Source of the DNA: Candidatus Entotheonellaceae bacterium
GTDB lineage: Bacteria > Tectomicrobia > Entotheonellia > Entotheonellales > Entotheonellaceae
Reading direction: 5' to 3'
NCBI GenBank assembly: GCA_965238075.1
Contig: OZ250173.1
Span: forward strand, 2,048,001-2,112,000
DNA: 64,000 nt
Both the position numbers and the translations under genes were made by a program. The notes under the pieces were generated by a model, which was given only the letters and a program-made list of their open reading frames with translations, was not told where the DNA came from and did no database searches. This document shows, piece by piece, positions 60,373 through 64,000 of the stretch; the first letter of the stretch is position 1, and the number at the start of each line of letters is the position of its first letter.

Positions 60373-60672
60373 GTGCCAAGCCCCGCCGTCGTCCGCTTCT
60401 CCCGCGACATGGGCATCACCCACAGCGAGTTCTTCCGCACCCTGCCTTCTGCCCTGGCAGCACTGCCCTACACCGTCCAGGGCCACGACGTGATTATCAA
60501 CGACAACACGCAACGCCTGGTAATCACCCTGTCGCCCGAAAGCCGCCGCCGCCTCGGGGCACTGTCCCTGCCGACCACCCAGGCCCACTTCACCTTCTCA
60601 GGTCATTCCCCGCAGGACATCGACCGGTTCATGGCTCGCTTCGACCGCGCCTTCCAGCGCGGTGGCGGTTAG
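60373..60672 (+). CDS. Small AOR-operon-associated protein
   Basis: RDMG....EF.R.LP, ends FQRGGG; 4 bp after the MoaD-like gene. Confidence 0.65.
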   Translation: MPSPAVVRFSRDMGITHSEFFRTLPSALAALPYTVQGHDVIINDNTQRLVITLSPESRRRLGALSLPTTQAHFTFSGHSPQDIDRFMARFDRAFQRGGG

Positions 60673-61421
60673 GGGGTATCAGGAACCAGAGGCGCAAAAT
60701 TCTCGCTGGTCATGGGCTCATGCTGGCCCCAATTGCCGGTCATCTCGATCAGAACGCGCTGTTTCGAGGGCGCAGGCTGGGGATTGATCCTCACTACTTT
60801 CGCCTTGTATCTGTCGGGTGCATGGGTCATTGCGTTCGCCAGATCCTGTGCGAGATAACGGGGTGTCCAGCCGATCATGTGGTGGTCCGTCGTCTGCATC
60901 TGCACTGCCAGTTTAGTCGCGGGATTGGCGAGTTCCAGCGCCATATACAGTTCTTCCCCCGGTGTCAGTTCTGCAAGCCGCTCTTGAGCGGCCTCGCTGA
61001 CGCGTCGCCAGCTGTGGAGGAAAAAGCGGCAGGTAAAACTCCCGTCTTCTTCCTTGATAATTTTGGGGAAAACCTCGTAGGTATCCGTTACGCGTGAGCC
61101 GCCGTTTACCGAAAGAATCTCAATGGGGTCAGCCCCTTCGGACAGGCCAAGATAGCGTAGATAGTCGGCGAAGTCCGGGCGTGCCCGATTCATGACCCGG
61201 TTCTGGAATACGGGAAACAGTTCCGGAGAGCAATAGGTTTCATACAAATTAGGAAACTCCAACAACAGCGGGAAATCCGCCTCCTCCTTCGCTCGTTTTG
61301 CGCCCCCCGTGTAGCGGAAGCGATAGGATGGGCCTTCAACATTTACATCCAGACGGCCTACCGGGAACCATCCGTGGAGTGCCTTGTCCTGCCATGCCAG
61401 AAATAGGGTTCTCGTATGCAT
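60669..61421 (-). CDS. HipA-N/HipS-like plus HIRAN domain protein
   Basis: LFLAWQ, PVGRL, LFPVFQNR, FFLH, E..NP....AV, IGWTPRYL; TGATG-coupled to the kinase. Confidence 0.8.
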   Translation of the reverse strand: MHTRTLFLAWQDKALHGWFPVGRLDVNVEGPSYRFRYTGGAKRAKEEADFPLLLEFPNLYETYCSPELFPVFQNRVMNRARPDFADYLRYLGLSEGADPIEILSVNGGSRVTDTYEVFPKIIKEEDGSFTCRFFLHSWRRVSEAAQERLAELTPGEELYMALELANPATKLAVQMQTTDHHMIGWTPRYLAQDLANAMTHAPDRYKAKVVRINPQPAPSKQRVLIEMTGNWGQHEPMTSENFAPLVPDTP

Positions 61422-62299
61422 CAGACCAGCTCTCCCAATCGTTCAAAGTTGTAACACAGCAGCGCAATTGCGAACTCACGGGCTGAGGGCGTCATCCAGT
61501 CTTCGGGTACACGGTTTACAAGACCACGCAAAACGTTTTCGTCCAATTTTCCAAGCTTGACAAGTGCTGGCCGGAAAAAGTCTGGATGCGTACCAGTCCC
61601 CCGCCTTACCAACTCCAGAGGGCTGGGGCCTCGCCGTTCTTCCTCCGACCAGTAAATCGCGCCATGTCCCTTCTCTGCATAGTTGCCGACGCGGTTCTCC
61701 GCCAAGTGCCTATCGCGGCGGGCATCCAAAAGCTCCCGACCCAGCGAGGAGGCGTGATCAAATGACGGCGCTATGGAATGGTTGCCTGCACGCATCCGAA
61801 GGAAGCCCCAGTTCTCATGATGACGATCCGTGTTGCCAATCAGCGCGTCCAGAGCCAAGTACTCTGCGATGTGGAGTTTCGCCCTTCTTGCACTTTCATG
61901 CTCCACAAAAAAGCGATCCATTACCTGCCAGATATTCGACAGGGTATGAGCCGACTGACGAAACTTTTTCTGGGAATCATATTCGTGGACAATTCGCTCT
62001 AACATCTGGTTGCCGTGGGCCAGTTCCCGACCGCCGCTCGCGAATGATTCCGTCACCGACCCGCGGTTTCCCTGAAACTCCGCGAGTTCTACTTTCGCAT
62101 GCAGGGTCCCAAGCTGATCCGCTACTTCCGCAGCAATCTTTTCCGCCCAATGTTGTCCGGTGTTGCATTGAGGAAATTTGAAAAGCCAGTCGGTGTCGGG
62201 GTCGGGGTTGCGATACCAGAACTTCTCTTTGCTCCCCATCTCCTCAACTTCAACCCGCCATTCCGGCTGTACTTCAACGATTTGGTACGAGCCAGACAC
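61421..62299 (-). CDS. HipA-like (HipA_C/CtkA-type) kinase
   Basis: GSKEKFW, WLFK, WAEKIA, DALIGNTDRHHENW, APSFDHASSLG. Confidence 0.88.
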   Translation of the reverse strand: MSGSYQIVEVQPEWRVEVEEMGSKEKFWYRNPDPDTDWLFKFPQCNTGQHWAEKIAAEVADQLGTLHAKVELAEFQGNRGSVTESFASGGRELAHGNQMLERIVHEYDSQKKFRQSAHTLSNIWQVMDRFFVEHESARRAKLHIAEYLALDALIGNTDRHHENWGFLRMRAGNHSIAPSFDHASSLGRELLDARRDRHLAENRVGNYAEKGHGAIYWSEEERRGPSPLELVRRGTGTHPDFFRPALVKLGKLDENVLRGLVNRVPEDWMTPSAREFAIALLCYNFERLGELV

Positions 62300-62409
62300 G
62301 GCGACCCCTTTCGCGTGACCAGGTTCAAACCGCGACGCCGAAGGTGGTGAATTGACTACAAGTGAAGCCGCCGTCCCAATTAAGCGACGACGGTGCGCCA
62401 AGGTCAGCG

Positions 62410-62619
62410 TTAGCGTTCAAAAATGGGAGGGATTTTGATAATCGACCGCGAAGTGCCAATGTAAATCTCATTGTGATCTGGAACAGGGACGGTCAAAGTG
62501 GAGTCCTCATTCCTTTTCTGCATGGCAATGTGACTCCCGCGTTGACGAACCTGCGGGAAGTCATGTTCTGCAAGGATGCGGTGCACTTCCCGACCGGACA
62601 GCGGGCGTAGCCTACCCGA
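62410..62619 (-). pseudogene. hicA: HicA toxin, probably degenerate
   Basis: LSGREV..IL, RQRGSH, VPVPDH, IGT..SII; TCG at the expected coupled start position. Confidence 0.7.
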
Positions 62620-62839
62620 CCGCAACCTCCAGAGGCGTAATAAAAACTTCGCATTGGAGGTGCCGCTCAACTTCGGAAACGTCAGCCGTTTCGAAGAACA
62701 ACTCCAGGGCCTCGGTCAGATTGCAGCGAGCTTCTTCCACTGTGTTGCCCTGACTGGCGATGTCCACTTCGGGGCATAGGGCGACGTAGCCGTTACCCTC
62801 GCGCTCGATGATGGCCAGAAACCGCCGAAGCTGTTTCAT
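62612..62839 (-). CDS. hicB: Short HicB-family antitoxin
   Basis: YVALCPEVDIASQGNTVEEARCNLTEALELF. Confidence 0.88.
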   Translation of the reverse strand: MKQLRRFLAIIEREGNGYVALCPEVDIASQGNTVEEARCNLTEALELFFETADVSEVERHLQCEVFITPLEVAVG

Positions 62840-62848
62840 CCAGTGCTC

Positions 62849-63373
62849 TCAACCCACCGTCAGCTTCTCGACCACGCGGTCGAACACCGTCTCGGCGCGG
62901 TGGCACACTTCGTCGCGGGTCAGGGGTTGGATGGGGTGTTCGACGAGAATCACGTTGAACGCCGACAGGCCCAGCGCGTCGGCCTGGGCGCGGGCGGCAT
63001 TGGCGAACTCGGTGGTGGTGCAAACTGCGGCGGGGATGCCGGCTTTTTCAAAGTAAACGCCGTCGTGCACACTGCACGTTGTGCACGAGCCTCAATCCGC
63101 CAGCGCTTCGATGATCAGATCGCACTGCTGTTCGAGTTCCCTGCGCATGTCCTCCGGCGCGGGCCGGGCAAAGGTAGGCTTCATGCGCCGCAAAACGGCC
63201 TTGGGCTGGTGTACTTCATGCAGCCACTCCTCGATGCGGTCCAGGAAGTGGTTGCCCTGCGCCTTGCTGATGTCCAGCAGGCCGATCACCTTGCCGTGCA
63301 GGTCCGGCACCCGCGCCGCCAGACTCGCGGCGTCGGCCACCGGTGCTGCGGTTGGATCGTACAACTTCGTCAT
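62849..63373 (-). CDS. UGSC-family selenoprotein (174 aa, in-frame UGA at 63092-63094)
   Basis: Read-through gives EALAD-U-GSCTTCSVHDG; both halves are in frame; a hairpin follows the UGA. Confidence 0.9.
63063..63088 (-). promoter_or_regulatory. Candidate bacterial SECIS hairpin
   Basis: UCGUGCACA-ACGUGCAG-UGUGCACGA, a 9-bp perfect stem starting 3 nt after the UGA. Confidence 0.65.
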
Positions 63374-63400
63374 GGGTTTCTCCTTTTAGGGGAATACAGG

Positions 63401-64000
63401 TCAGTCAAACTCGATCGGCGCCGTGGCCAGGCGGCTGCCAGCGCCCCAGCCCGATAAGTGAATGGAAAATCGTCCGGCGGTGCCGCCTGCAACGACGACC
63501 GTGATGCCGTCCGGCGAGGTGATCTTGGGAATCAGGGTCGCCTTGTCCTGTGCCTCCAGCCCCTCCGGCACCCGCTGGGGCCACACGCCCTCGGCGCCGT
63601 CCGGGCCGGGCAGCAACTCGCCCAGAGGCCGCTGCATCTGCTCGTACAGAAAGCGCTTGACGTCTTGTTTGCTCAGGCCGTCGGCGCCGATGGTCTTGGC
63701 GTGTTCCGGCCCAATGACCACCGCGCAGTTGTCGTTGAGATACGCCTTGTGTTGCCAGCCCACCGCCATGCTGGCCGCAATGGTGGTCAGGATGCCTTCG
63801 GCGGTGCGGCTGCCGTGGTTGCTGATGCATTGCGGGGCGTCGCAGCAATACACGCTGACGGTGCTCTGCTCGGGCCGGTAGCCCTGTTCGACGTGCAGCG
63901 GTTCCCAGGGGCTTGCCTCTTCGTACTCGCCGATGAGAAAAGTGTACTTCCCCGGGTGCCCCATGGTGGACTTGTCGATTTCGCCGGGGCGGGCGCCGCC
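63401..64000 (-). CDS. Uncharacterised protein of the type found next to UGSC genes (5' truncated)
   Basis: MGHPGKYT....E.EE.SPWEPLH...G, PEHA, VVAGG; frame open to the window edge. Confidence 0.75.
   Translation of the reverse strand, partial: GGARPGEIDKSTMGHPGKYTFLIGEYEEASPWEPLHVEQGYRPEQSTVSVYCCDAPQCISNHGSRTAEGILTTIAASMAVGWQHKAYLNDNCAVVIGPEHAKTIGADGLSKQDVKRFLYEQMQRPLGELLPGPDGAEGVWPQRVPEGLEAQDKATLIPKITSPDGITVVVAGGTAGRFSIHLSGWGAGSRLATAPIEFD

Overview
A GC-rich bacterial chromosomal segment. It alternates conserved metabolic genes (panC, long-form ispG, tatA, CobB-type sirtuin, two ABC-F proteins, MetE-like protein, P450, an aldehyde:ferredoxin oxidoreductase operon, a DUF1302-DUF1329-YCF48-RND uptake cluster) with short, often lower-GC accessory islets. 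No rRNA, complete tRNA or CRISPR array was seen. Main points of interest: (1) a translationally coupled two-gene SIR2 + 906-aa locus that resembles a naturally split Dsr1 anti-phage sirtuin, followed by a NYN ribonuclease gene; (2) a DUF2971 gene bracketed by two directly oriented dif-like (XerC/D) sites and interrupted by a complete IS5-family element whose removal restores the reading frame; (3) two tandem secreted MBL-fold lactonases upstream of a His-rich Gld-type ABC system and a Dph6-like ATPase; (4) a UGSC-type selenoprotein split by the ORF caller at an in-frame UGA followed by a perfect hairpin; (5) a HipA-like kinase/HIRAN pair; (6) several REP-like families, including nested and intragenic copies; (7) many single-lesion pseudogenes. 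All family assignments come from motif recognition without database searches.
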